30,668 nucleotides of DNA, taken from NCBI GenBank assembly GCA_016285815.1, contig JAEERN010000089.1, positions 1 through 30,668 on the forward strand. Direction: 5' to 3'. Below are positions 17,229-28,785 of the stretch, in pieces. Positions within the stretch are counted from its first letter, which is position 1. Each line of letters starts with the position of its first letter. The DNA is from Clostridiales bacterium (GTDB lineage Bacteria; Bacillota; Clostridia; Oscillospirales; QAMX01). The notes beneath the pieces are model-generated. The model was not told where the DNA came from. It was given only the letters and a program-made list of their open reading frames with translations, and ran no database searches. The translations under genes and the position numbers were made by a program.

Positions 17229-17358
17229 GAGACCGGACAGGGAAATTTGTAAAAAAACTGTGGGACGGCTTGCAAAATCCTTTGGGGGGCCGTGCCAAGA
17301 GACCGGACAGGGAAATTTGTAAAAAAACTGTGGGACGGCTTGCAAAATCCTTTGGGGG
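17219..17358. repeat. Exact 70-bp tandem duplication (17219-17288 = 17289-17358)
   Basis: GCCGTGCCAAGAGACCGGACAGGGAAATTTGTAAAAAAACTGTGGGACGGCTTGCAAAATCCTTTGGGGG occurs twice with no mismatch. Confidence 0.97.
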
Positions 17359-17368
17359 AAGGTATAAT
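17340..17368 (+). promoter_or_regulatory. SigmaA promoter of the GH38 operon
   Basis: TTGCAA-17 nt-TATAAT, about 50 nt upstream of ATG 17420. Confidence 0.75.
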
Positions 17369-17419
17369 CATAGCAGAGCCTTTTCAGAGACAAAGGCCAC
17401 GGAACGAAGGAGGGCCCCA

Positions 17420-20400
17420 ATGGACAGACAAATGGTTCGCGCCATCGCCGAGACGCTCAAAAAGCGCACGAGAGTCTCGTATTCCCCCGTCGGCGGGATG
17501 GAGTTCCGGACGGCGAAATACCTCGCCCCGGAGCAGTATGAGTACACCTCAGAGTTCGCCCCCCTTGCGGAAAACTCGGTCATCCCGGAAGAGACGACCT
17601 TTATCCGCGGAAGCATCACCTTCCCGGACGAGATCCTCTGCGGACCGGATTTCCGCGACTATCTGAACATCGTCATCCCTGACCGTGAGGGGATCCTCAC
17701 CATCGACGGCGAGCCCTATCACGGCGTCGACCGCAACCGCAGCCGCGTGCCGCTGCGCCCCGAATGGGCCGGGACCACGAAGTCCTTCGAGCTGGCCGTG
17801 TTCTCCCGCAACGCCCGCAAGACCTTCGTCGAGGGGATCGGCATCGAGCGCGTCGATCTGAAGATCGAAAGCTGCTATTACCTCTATCTGGTGGCCAACG
17901 AGTTCCTGGCGACCTGCGGGAACGAGCCGGACAACGCCCACATCAAGGTCCGCGTCAACGCGGCCATCGAGGCCGCCATCCGGGATCTGGACCTGGACCT
18001 GACGGGCGACGAGCTGCGCGCCTCCGTGGCGCTGGCCGAGTCGCGCCTGACCGAGGGTCTGGCCGCCATCGACGACGGCGACGTCCGCGGGCTCATCAGC
18101 CTCATCGGACACACGCACATCGACGTGGCCTGGCTGTGGCAGCTGAAGGACACCGTCCGCAAGTGCGGCCACTCGTTCACCAATATGCTGCGTCTCATGG
18201 ACGAGTTCCCGGAGTTCACCTTCTCCTGCAGCCAGCTGCAGCTCATGGACTATACCAAACAGTACTATCCCGCGGTGTTCGAACAGATCAAAGAGCGCGT
18301 CCGCGAGGGCCGCTGGGAGATCGTCGGCCCCATGTGGGTCGAGAGCGACTGCAACGTGGTCTCCGGCGAGTCGCTGGTGCGCCAGATGATCTACGGCATC
18401 AACTTCTCGGAGAAAGAGTTCGGCACCCGCAGCCGCGTGGCGTGGCTGCCCGACACCTTCGGCTTCCAGCCCAATATGCCCCAGATCCTCAAGAAGAGCG
18501 GCACGGACTATTTCTACTCCTACAAGCTCCACTGGCAGCACCAGAACCGCTTCCCCTACGGGATGTTCCGCTGGGAAGGCTTGGACGGCAGCGAGATCAT
18601 CTGCTCGACGGCGTTCAACCCCGGCGGCTATAACGGCGAGCCCACCCCCGCGGAGCTGCGGGAGAGCAAGAACAACAACCTGCAGAACGGCGAGTTCGAC
18701 AACGTGATCTTCCCCTACGGCTTTGGCGACGGCGGCGGCGGCCCGACCCGCGAGATGGTCGAGCACGCCAGACGGCTCAAGGATTTCCCGGGCCTGCCGC
18801 GCACGCGCATGGAGCGCGCCGACGAGTATTTCGCCCGGCTGGAGCAGGAACGCGACCGTCTGCCCAAGTGGTTCGGCGAGCTGTACATCGAGACCCACCG
18901 CGGCACCCTCACCACCCAGGGGCACAACAAGCGCGCCAACCGCACGGCGGAGATCGGCTATCAGAACGCCGAAAAACTGGGCGTCGTCGCGTCGCTGCTG
19001 GGCGGCCATCCCGACTGGAACGCCCTGCACGAGGGCTGGAAGAAGATCTTGCTGCTCCAGTTCCACGACATCCTGCCGGGCAGCTCCATCCGCGAGGTGT
19101 ACGCCGAGGACTGTGCGGAGGGCTATCGCTTCATCTTCGACAAGCTGGACGGCTTCAACGCCGGCATCCGTCCCGCCGAGGGCGGCGCGCTGACGGTCTG
19201 GAACCTGCTCTCCTGGGAGCGCAAGGCGCTGGTCAGCGTCGAGCTGGACGCCGCCGAGATCGCGGGCAAGACCGTGGCGGACGCGTCGGGCAAGCTGCTG
19301 CCCACCGTGGTCGAGCCCATCGCGGACGGCCGCGTGCGCGCCACGTTCCCGGCCTGCCTGCCGGCCATGGGCTTCGCCCGCTTCTGCCTGGCCGACGGCG
19401 CCGCCGCCGAGGGACAGGCCGACGCCGTCGCGGTGAACCCCGACGGGAGCATCACCGCCGAGACCGCGGCGTTCCGCGTCACCGTGGACACGCTGGGCCG
19501 TCTGTCCAGTGTCTGGGACAAGGCCCAGGGCCGCGAGGTGCTGGCCGCCCCGGCCAACGACATCCGCCTCTTCCGCGACGGTCCCCAGAGCGAGGACGCG
19601 TGGAACATCTACGACACCTATAAGAACCGCCCGGTGGACTGCGACTGGGCCGTCTCCCTCTCCGTCAAGGAGAACTCGCCGCTGCGCACGGTGATCCACG
19701 TCAGCAAGAAGATCGAGAAGTGCGACATCGAGCAGGACATCTGCCTCTATCCCGACTCGCCGGTCATCGACTTCAAGACTGTGATCGACTGGACCGAGCG
19801 GCACAAGGTCATGCGCGTCTACTTCCCGGCGGACGTCAAGAGCCAGTTCGCCGCCTATGAAGTCGGCTTCGGCACCTTCCTGCGGCCGGCCAAGCAGAAC
19901 ACCAGCTTCGACAAGTCCCGGTTCGAGGTCAACGCCCACAAGTTCGCCGATCTCTCCGAGGGCGATTACGGCGTGTCCCTGCTCAACGACTGCAAGTACG
20001 CCCACAGCTGCGACGACAATGTGCTGGGCCTGACGCTGCTGCGCGGCACCACCAGCCCCGACCCGCTGGCCGATCTGGGCGTCCACGAGATCAACTACGC
20101 GTTCTATCCCCACAAGGGCGACTGGCGCGCGGCCGGCACTGCCCGCCGCGGCCACGAGCTGAACAACGCCCCCGTCGTGTGGCGCACGGCCGCCGATTTC
20201 GGTGCCGGTCTTGCCGGGAAGAGCCTGGTGTCCTGCGACAGCGCGAACATCATCGTCGACACCGTCAAGCCCGCCGAGGACGGCGACGGCGTCATCCTGC
20301 GCGCCTACGAGAGCAACGGTTGCCGCGGCGGCGCCAGGATCTGTCTGGCCAAGGCGCCGGCACAGGTGACGGCGGTGAGCCTCATCGAGGGCGACGACAC

Positions 20401-20479
20401 CCCGGTGGAAGCCGACGGGAACTCCTTTGGCTTCTCCTACGGTCCCTATGAGATCCTGACCTTCCGCGTGAGATTCTGA
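17420..20479 (+). CDS. Alpha-mannosidase, GH38 (cytoplasmic type)
   Basis: ATG 17420 after AAGGAGG; GHTHIDVAWLW, WVESDCN, GESLVRQ, WLPDTFG, FGFGDGGGGP variant, ELYIETHRGT, QFHDILPGSSI, LNDCKYA, LTLLRG; 1019 aa, no signal peptide. Confidence 0.95.
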   Translation: MDRQMVRAIAETLKKRTRVSYSPVGGMEFRTAKYLAPEQYEYTSEFAPLAENSVIPEETTFIRGSITFPDEILCGPDFRDYLNIVIPDREGILTIDGEPYHGVDRNRSRVPLRPEWAGTTKSFELAVFSRNARKTFVEGIGIERVDLKIESCYYLYLVANEFLATCGNEPDNAHIKVRVNAAIEAAIRDLDLDLTGDELRASVALAESRLTEGLAAIDDGDVRGLISLIGHTHIDVAWLWQLKDTVRKCGHSFTNMLRLMDEFPEFTFSCSQLQLMDYTKQYYPAVFEQIKERVREGRWEIVGPMWVESDCNVVSGESLVRQMIYGINFSEKEFGTRSRVAWLPDTFGFQPNMPQILKKSGTDYFYSYKLHWQHQNRFPYGMFRWEGLDGSEIICSTAFNPGGYNGEPTPAELRESKNNNLQNGEFDNVIFPYGFGDGGGGPTREMVEHARRLKDFPGLPRTRMERADEYFARLEQERDRLPKWFGELYIETHRGTLTTQGHNKRANRTAEIGYQNAEKLGVVASLLGGHPDWNALHEGWKKILLLQFHDILPGSSIREVYAEDCAEGYRFIFDKLDGFNAGIRPAEGGALTVWNLLSWERKALVSVELDAAEIAGKTVADASGKLLPTVVEPIADGRVRATFPACLPAMGFARFCLADGAAAEGQADAVAVNPDGSITAETAAFRVTVDTLGRLSSVWDKAQGREVLAAPANDIRLFRDGPQSEDAWNIYDTYKNRPVDCDWAVSLSVKENSPLRTVIHVSKKIEKCDIEQDICLYPDSPVIDFKTVIDWTERHKVMRVYFPADVKSQFAAYEVGFGTFLRPAKQNTSFDKSRFEVNAHKFADLSEGDYGVSLLNDCKYAHSCDDNVLGLTLLRGTTSPDPLADLGVHEINYAFYPHKGDWRAAGTARRGHELNNAPVVWRTAADFGAGLAGKSLVSCDSANIIVDTVKPAEDGDGVILRAYESNGCRGGARICLAKAPAQVTAVSLIEGDDTPVEADGNSFGFSYGPYEILTFRVRF

Positions 20480-20521
20480 CGCGGAGCGGGAAACCTGACG
20501 GTAAAAAGGAGAATAACGATC

Positions 20522-21352
20522 ATGGCAGGAAAAGCGAACGTCGGCCTTCAGCTCTATACGGTCCGCGACGAACTGAGCCGCGACTTTGTCGGGACGCTGG
20601 AGACGGTCAAAAAACTGGGGTACGAGGGCGTCGAGTTTGCCGGGAACTACGGCGGGCTGGCCGCCGCGGATCTGAAAAAGCTCTGCGCCGAGCTGGGGCT
20701 GGAGATCCTCTCGACGCACTGCTCCTTCGAGAACTTCGAAAAGGACTTCGAGGGGAGTCTGGCCTATCACAAGGAGCTGGGGATCCGCTATCTGGCCATC
20801 CCGTGGATGCCCGCGGACAAATGCCCCGGCAAGCCGGGTTTCGAGTCCATGCGCGGCCTGTTCTGCGATATGCAGAAGGCGCTGGCCGCCGAGGGGATCC
20901 AGCTTCTTTACCACAACCACGATTTTGAGTTCATCCCGCATCCGGACGGCGGTCTGGTCTATGACAGGCTGATCGAGTCCGTTCCGGGGCTGAACCCCGA
21001 ATTCGACGTCTGCTGGGTGACCTATTCCGGCAACGACCCGGTGGCGTATCTGAACAAGTTCGCCGGTCGGGTGGACGTGGTCCATCTCAAGGACTTCGAG
21101 GGCCGCAACAGCGAGCCGGCCTACGCCCTGATCGACGCGGACGGCAACGCCGTCGCCGCCGAGAAGACGGAAGCGGTCAACACCTTCCGCTTCCGCCCGG
21201 TGGGGTCCGGCGTCGTCCGGATGCCCGAGGTGCTGGCCGCGGCCCTGGCTGGCGGCACCAAGTCCTTCATCGTCGAACAGGACGACTGCTACGGCGACGC
21301 CTTCGGCGCCGCCGAGCAGAGCCGCGCCTGGCTGCGGACGATGGGACTGTGA
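20522..21352 (+). CDS. Sugar-phosphate isomerase/epimerase, xylose-isomerase-like TIM barrel (AP_endonuc_2 type)
   Basis: GLQLYTVR, GVEFAG, LYHNHDFEF, EFDVCW, HLKD, IVEQD metal-site motifs; AAGGAG RBS. Confidence 0.88.
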   Translation: MAGKANVGLQLYTVRDELSRDFVGTLETVKKLGYEGVEFAGNYGGLAAADLKKLCAELGLEILSTHCSFENFEKDFEGSLAYHKELGIRYLAIPWMPADKCPGKPGFESMRGLFCDMQKALAAEGIQLLYHNHDFEFIPHPDGGLVYDRLIESVPGLNPEFDVCWVTYSGNDPVAYLNKFAGRVDVVHLKDFEGRNSEPAYALIDADGNAVAAEKTEAVNTFRFRPVGSGVVRMPEVLAAALAGGTKSFIVEQDDCYGDAFGAAEQSRAWLRTMGL

Positions 21353-21374
21353 GACCGATCTGATCCAAACGTTT

Positions 21375-21418
21375 CGCTTCCCGCCGCTCTGTTCCGCAAA
21401 ACAGAGCGGCGGGAAGCG
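21375..21418. other. Perfect 19-bp stem-loop inside the operon, no U-tract
   Basis: CGCTTCCCGCCGCTCTGTT-CCGCAA-AACAGAGCGGCGGGAAGCG. Confidence 0.85.
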
Positions 21419-21491
21419 GAATACGGTCCGGCGGAGAGCGCGGACCGCGCGGACCGCGCGGGAAAGGCCCCGCCGAAAGCATATGAGGTGA

Positions 21492-24530
<3,039 letters not shown>

Positions 24531-24656
24531 AAACGGCCCGAACGCATCGAAACCGCTCCGGCAAGGGGGAGAGCCCCCGCCGCCGGACGCCGAACCGCCC
24601 CGGAAGAGACCGCCGTCTCCTCCGGGGCGGTCTTCTGTCCGCCGCGAGCCCGCGCG

Positions 24657-24689
24657 AAAAAAAGAGACGGATCGCTCCGTCTCTTTTTT
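24657..24689. terminator. Bidirectional terminator between GH2 and convergent DUF6259-like gene
   Basis: A7-GAGACGGA-TCGC-TCCGTCTC-T6. Confidence 0.9.
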
Positions 24690-24709
24690 GATTTTGCGGG
24701 ATCCCGCGC

Positions 24710-26790
24710 CTATTGCTCCAGCACCACCGCGGCCGTGTGCGGCGCCAGCGTCACGGTGCAGCCCTCCTGCCAGTCGCCGTCCACCGCACGCCAGCGGGCG
24801 ATCGTCCCCCCGTCCGGCAGCACGGTGAAGGTCTGCGGCCTGTCGCCGTTGTTGGTCACCACCACCGCCTTCCGGCCGTCGGCGCGGGTGAACACCGTAT
24901 AGTGCGGGTGCGGGCAGCCGCCGGCGTCGAGCACCGCAGCCCCGCGCTTTTCGGAGAAGGTGCCGTACCAGACGTAATCGGCGGTCTCTTCCCGCAGCGC
25001 CTGCATCTTTCTGCCGTAGTCCATGGTCAGCGGGAAGTCGGAGGGGCGGCCCTTGAAGAAAAAAGGCTCGTAGGAGGGCACGTAATTGCACATCAGACAC
25101 TTGTTCAGCGTGTCCCGGTCGTCGAAGCCCGGCACGGCGACCATCAGACCGGTGGCGTTGCCGTCGGGCCGGAGGTACCGTTTGGAGGGGATCTCGTCGT
25201 AGGCGTAGGTGCGGAAATACGCCATGTTGTACTGCTGGAACTCCATGTCGTAATCGGCCTCGCCGCAGAAGAAGAAGTCCTCGGGCGCCATGGCGCGGAA
25301 TTCGGCGATCAGGTCGTTGTCGTGCTCGTACACGAACGCGCCCCGGCGGTGGCCGTGATCGGCCGCGAAGCACAGGACCGCCTCGCCGTGGTGCTGGCAC
25401 TCGTCGTAGAGGATGCCGTCCGCGCCCAGATCCAGGATCTTTTGGAATTCCCGGCGGTACAGGGCCCGCAGCCCGCCGCAGAAGCACATGACGGCGAAGC
25501 GGTGGGTGCCCACGTCGCACAGCTGGGACGGAGTCTGGTACTGATACCCGCCGTGGACGTACACCAGGCCGTGGGGATCCCGCGCGGCATAGCGGTACAG
25601 CTCGTCGCGGTACCGCGGCGTGGTCATGTCCGTCCAGGTGAATTTCGCGAAGAGGATCACCTTCACGCCGAAGGCGTGACAGTCCTCGATGGCTTTCTTC
25701 AGCTCCTCCCGGGTGCCGAGGCGCGGATCGGTGTCGTGGCTGGGGTTGCCGCCGTCCTGCCCGCCGCGGTTCCAGCCCACCAGCTGGATGGCGGAGATGC
25801 CGTATCCGGCGCATTCCTCGGCCACCTTGGGCAGATCGGCGTACCGCAGCCGAAGCTCGTCCTCGGGGGAGTTGATGTGCAGCTGCAGCCAGCTGTGGGG
25901 CCTGGCCGCCCAGGCGGGCTGCCGGGGCACCGTCCAGCCCCATTCCTTCCGCCGCCGCATATAGATTCCGCGCCGCTTTTCCAGTCGCCGGCGAAGACCT
26001 CGAGGTGCACCGGGGTCACCTCCCGCCGACCGCCCTTTTCCACAAAGGGGAGATGGATCACGTCGAAGGGAGCGTAGACCTCCTGACCGGCGAGGAAGTC
26101 CCCCTCCGGGACCAAAGACCCGGACAGAGACGTCACCCCGGGGTACTGCCGGTGGCGCCAGGTCATATACTGGCCGACGTTCTCATAGGGCGACACGTAA
26201 AAGCCGAGGTCTCTGTCCGACAGGATCAGGTAATACGGGCCCAGATAGGGCGCCGAGCCGTGGCACATGCAGGTGGGAACGTCCACGCCCCAATAGCCCT
26301 TGTTGTCCTGGAACGACGGATACAGTTCCGACCGGAAGGGCCCCGAATAGGACTCCCAGAAGGTCCACAGGCGCCCGGCGCCCGCCGGACGGCGCAGGTC
26401 GCCGAAGCAGGGCGAGCAAACGTCCTCCACCGTGCCCTCGCCCCGGTTGTCGACGATCGTGCGCCACACCAGCGCCGGGCCGTGCGCCTCGACGACGACG
26501 GTAACCGTCACGTCGTGACGGCCGCCGAAGCGGCTCTCCACGCCGTCCCAGACCAGCTCCGCCCGCCGCCCGTCCTCCGAGACGGCGAGAGAGGTCAGGG
26601 GCTGTTCCCAGCCGTAGACGGGGTTGTTCCGTCTGCCCTCCAGCGGGATGAGCAGCTCCCAGTTCCGGCCCAGATGCGGCCGGTCCAGCATCACCCAGTC
26701 GCCGATCAGCGACCGGGCGCCCACGACGGCGCCGTGCTCGTTTTCGATGGTCAGGGACAGGGTGTCCGACCGGATTTCAAAGCATCCCAT
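24710..26790 (-). pseudogene. Frameshifted DUF6259-like putative glycoside hydrolase (~693 aa if repaired)
   Basis: ATG 26790 (MGCFEIRS) after GGAGG. First frame reads ..FAGDWKSGAE, then the protein-like sequence continues in the -1 frame as IYMRRRKEWGW..WLQLHINSPE..QLVGWNRGGQDGGNP..GADGILYDE. The span is 2081 nt, one short of a codon multiple. The DUF name is from recall. Confidence 0.75.
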
Positions 26791-26835
26791 ACGCGTTCCG
26801 TTCCTCCGATCTCGTTCTGAGGCGTTCCTGCCTGT

Positions 26836-26864
26836 ATTGTACCAGATACAGGTCGCGATTTCAA
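26836..26864 (-). promoter_or_regulatory. SigmaA promoter of the DUF6259-like gene with overlapping inverted repeat
   Basis: Minus strand TTGAAA-17 nt-TACAAT with TGG extension; CCTGTAT-N8-ATACAGG at 26831-26852 straddles the -10. Confidence 0.75.
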
Positions 26865-26896
26865 CACTTGTCTCAGGTTTTTCGTATTTTTGAATC

Positions 26897-26926
26897 AAAA
26901 AACGGACCGCGCCGGACGCGGTCCGT
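26897..26926 (-). terminator. Terminator of yerC-MTase-hslO-DUF5131 operon
   Basis: Minus strand ACGGACCGCG-TCCGG-CGCGGTCCGT followed by T-tract, 10 nt after the stop at 26936. Confidence 0.8.
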
Positions 26927-26935
26927 ATCCTGAAC

Positions 26936-27838
26936 TCAGAACGTCTGCGGAGAGGGGAGAGAGGCCGCCGGACCGCACTTTCCACAGTCGGAACAGCCGT
27001 TGCAGATCAGCCGGCCGCCGCAGCGGGCGCAGGCTTCGCGGTAACGGGGCGTGTAGAGCTGTTCGGCCGGGATCTCCAGTCCCAGCGGATCCGTGAGACG
27101 CCAGCGGATGGGCTTTCCCGCAAAGCCCATGCCGGATTTGAACGCCATCTCGCTCTGCAGGCGCTTTTGGGGGAGGAAATAGCGCTTCCCGTCCTTGAGG
27201 AAGACGGACCCCGTCTCCAGGAAGCAGAAGGTGACGTCCCGCTCCTCGCACTCGGCGCGGAGCCGCTGCACCCATTCGAAGCGGCAGGGACGGCGGCCGC
27301 CGTAGTTTTCGCCGCCGCAGGCGACCTGTTCGATCTGGCCGTCGGCCAGATAGGTCTTCAGGCTGACGCCGCCGATCAGCGGCGCGCACATGACGCCCTT
27401 GTGCCGGAAGGGCAGGGACAGCAGATGCGGGACGCGCTCGTCGGCGCGGCGCTGGTTCTCGCACGTCACGTTGAACATGACGTTCTCGAGCCCGTCGCCC
27501 CACCACGGGGGAAGCTGGTCCCGGACGCGTTCGGGACGCTTGGTCAGCAGATAGAACTTCACGTCGCCGCGCTGGCGCATGATCTCCCAGGCCTCGCTGC
27601 GCCAGGGGTCCGCGTCCTCCAGAAAAAAGTCGGAGGTCATACAGACGCGGATCAGCTCGCCGCTCCGGATCTGAAAGCTTCCGTCGCGGCGCTTCTGCAG
27701 CGGGTAGTAGAAGCTCTGGGTCCGGTAGATCTCCGCGCCGTCGCGATCCCGCGCGCGGTCGAGAAAGTACATATAACAGTTTTCGCAGCCCTCGCTGCAC
27801 TTTCGGCAGCCGTGCCACGGGTTCCAGATATCGTGCAT
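26936..27838 (-). CDS. DUF5131 (Gp37Gp68-like) radical-SAM-like protein with Cys-rich C-terminus
   Basis: ATG 27838 after GGAGG; WNPWHGCRKCSEGCENCYMY, CMTSDFF, LLTKRPER, NVTCENQ, CGGENY; ends CARCGGRLICNGCSDCGKC. Confidence 0.85.
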   Translation of the reverse strand: MHDIWNPWHGCRKCSEGCENCYMYFLDRARDRDGAEIYRTQSFYYPLQKRRDGSFQIRSGELIRVCMTSDFFLEDADPWRSEAWEIMRQRGDVKFYLLTKRPERVRDQLPPWWGDGLENVMFNVTCENQRRADERVPHLLSLPFRHKGVMCAPLIGGVSLKTYLADGQIEQVACGGENYGGRRPCRFEWVQRLRAECEERDVTFCFLETGSVFLKDGKRYFLPQKRLQSEMAFKSGMGFAGKPIRWRLTDPLGLEIPAEQLYTPRYREACARCGGRLICNGCSDCGKCGPAASLPSPQTF

Positions 27839-27885
27839 GGTCTTCGTCCTCCGGACGGGCCCGCCGGGCGGGGAAGAGGAGCGCG

Positions 27886-28764
27886 TCAGCGCTCCGCGTC
27901 GACCTGTTTGAGCAGCTCTGCGGCCGAGATGCGGTAGACCGCGTCGCAGAAGTGACACTTGACCTCGACGGTGTCCTCTTCGGCGGCGAGGCGCTCCAGC
28001 TCTTTCCGGCCCAGCGAGAGCAGGATCTGTTCGGTGCGCTCCCGCGAGCAGGTGCAGCGATAGCCGCAGGGGATGGTGCGCGTCACGCTGCCGAAGTCGC
28101 TCTTCAGCGCCAGCCGGGCGATGTCCTCGGTGGTCATGCCGTCGGCCAGCATCTTCGTCATGGGCGGAAGAGCCGCGATGTCGGCCTCGACGCGCTCGAT
28201 CACCGATTCGTCGGCCCCCGGCATCAGCGACAGGATGAATCCGCCTGCGGCCCTGACGCTGCAGTCTTCGTTCAGCAGCACGCCCAGCGAGCAGACGCCC
28301 GGCGTCTGTTCGCTGTCGTAGAGATAGCGCGTCACGTCCTCGGCGATCTCGCCGGAGACCAGCTCGACCCGGCCCACATAGGGCTCTTTCAGATTGATGT
28401 CCTTGATGACGGTGAGGCTGCCCTTACCGACGGCGGCGCCCACGTTGGGCGAGCCGTCCTCCCTGGGCGGCAGCGAGACGTAGCGGTTGCCCAGGCACCC
28501 GCGGCACCAGCCGAGCCCGTCCGAGACGGCGATGGCGGTGCGGACGGGCCCGCTGCCGTCCAGCCGAAGGGTGACCGAGGCGTCCGGCTCTTTCAGGTCC
28601 GAGCCCATGATGGACGCGGCGGTCAGAAGCCGGCCCAGCAGGATGGTGCCCGTGGGGAACAGGACGTGGTACGAGCGTGCCTTTTCGACGGCTGCGGTGG
28701 TGTCGGCCACCACAACGCGGACCATCAGGTCCGAGCTCATGGCGTTGAGGATGTTGTCAGACAT
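27886..28764 (-). CDS. hslO: Hsp33 redox-regulated chaperone
   Basis: LGRLLTAASIMG, LDGSGP, VGKGSLTVIKD, VELVSGEIAED, YLYDSEQTP, AGGFILSLMPGA, zinc motif CTCSRE..CHFC. Confidence 0.95.
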   Translation of the reverse strand: MSDNILNAMSSDLMVRVVVADTTAAVEKARSYHVLFPTGTILLGRLLTAASIMGSDLKEPDASVTLRLDGSGPVRTAIAVSDGLGWCRGCLGNRYVSLPPREDGSPNVGAAVGKGSLTVIKDINLKEPYVGRVELVSGEIAEDVTRYLYDSEQTPGVCSLGVLLNEDCSVRAAGGFILSLMPGADESVIERVEADIAALPPMTKMLADGMTTEDIARLALKSDFGSVTRTIPCGYRCTCSRERTEQILLSLGRKELERLAAEEDTVEVKCHFCDAVYRISAAELLKQVDAER

Positions 28765-28785
28765 GGAAAACTCTCTTTCTTTGCG

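Noticed and set aside
17219-17358. CRISPR array or IS end interpretation of the repeat
   Set aside because: Two adjacent copies with no spacer, no cas or transposase gene and no terminal inverted repeats.
26936-27838. Prophage remnant suggested by the Gp37Gp68-like domain
   Set aside because: No integrase, structural genes, att-like repeats or compositional shift around it.
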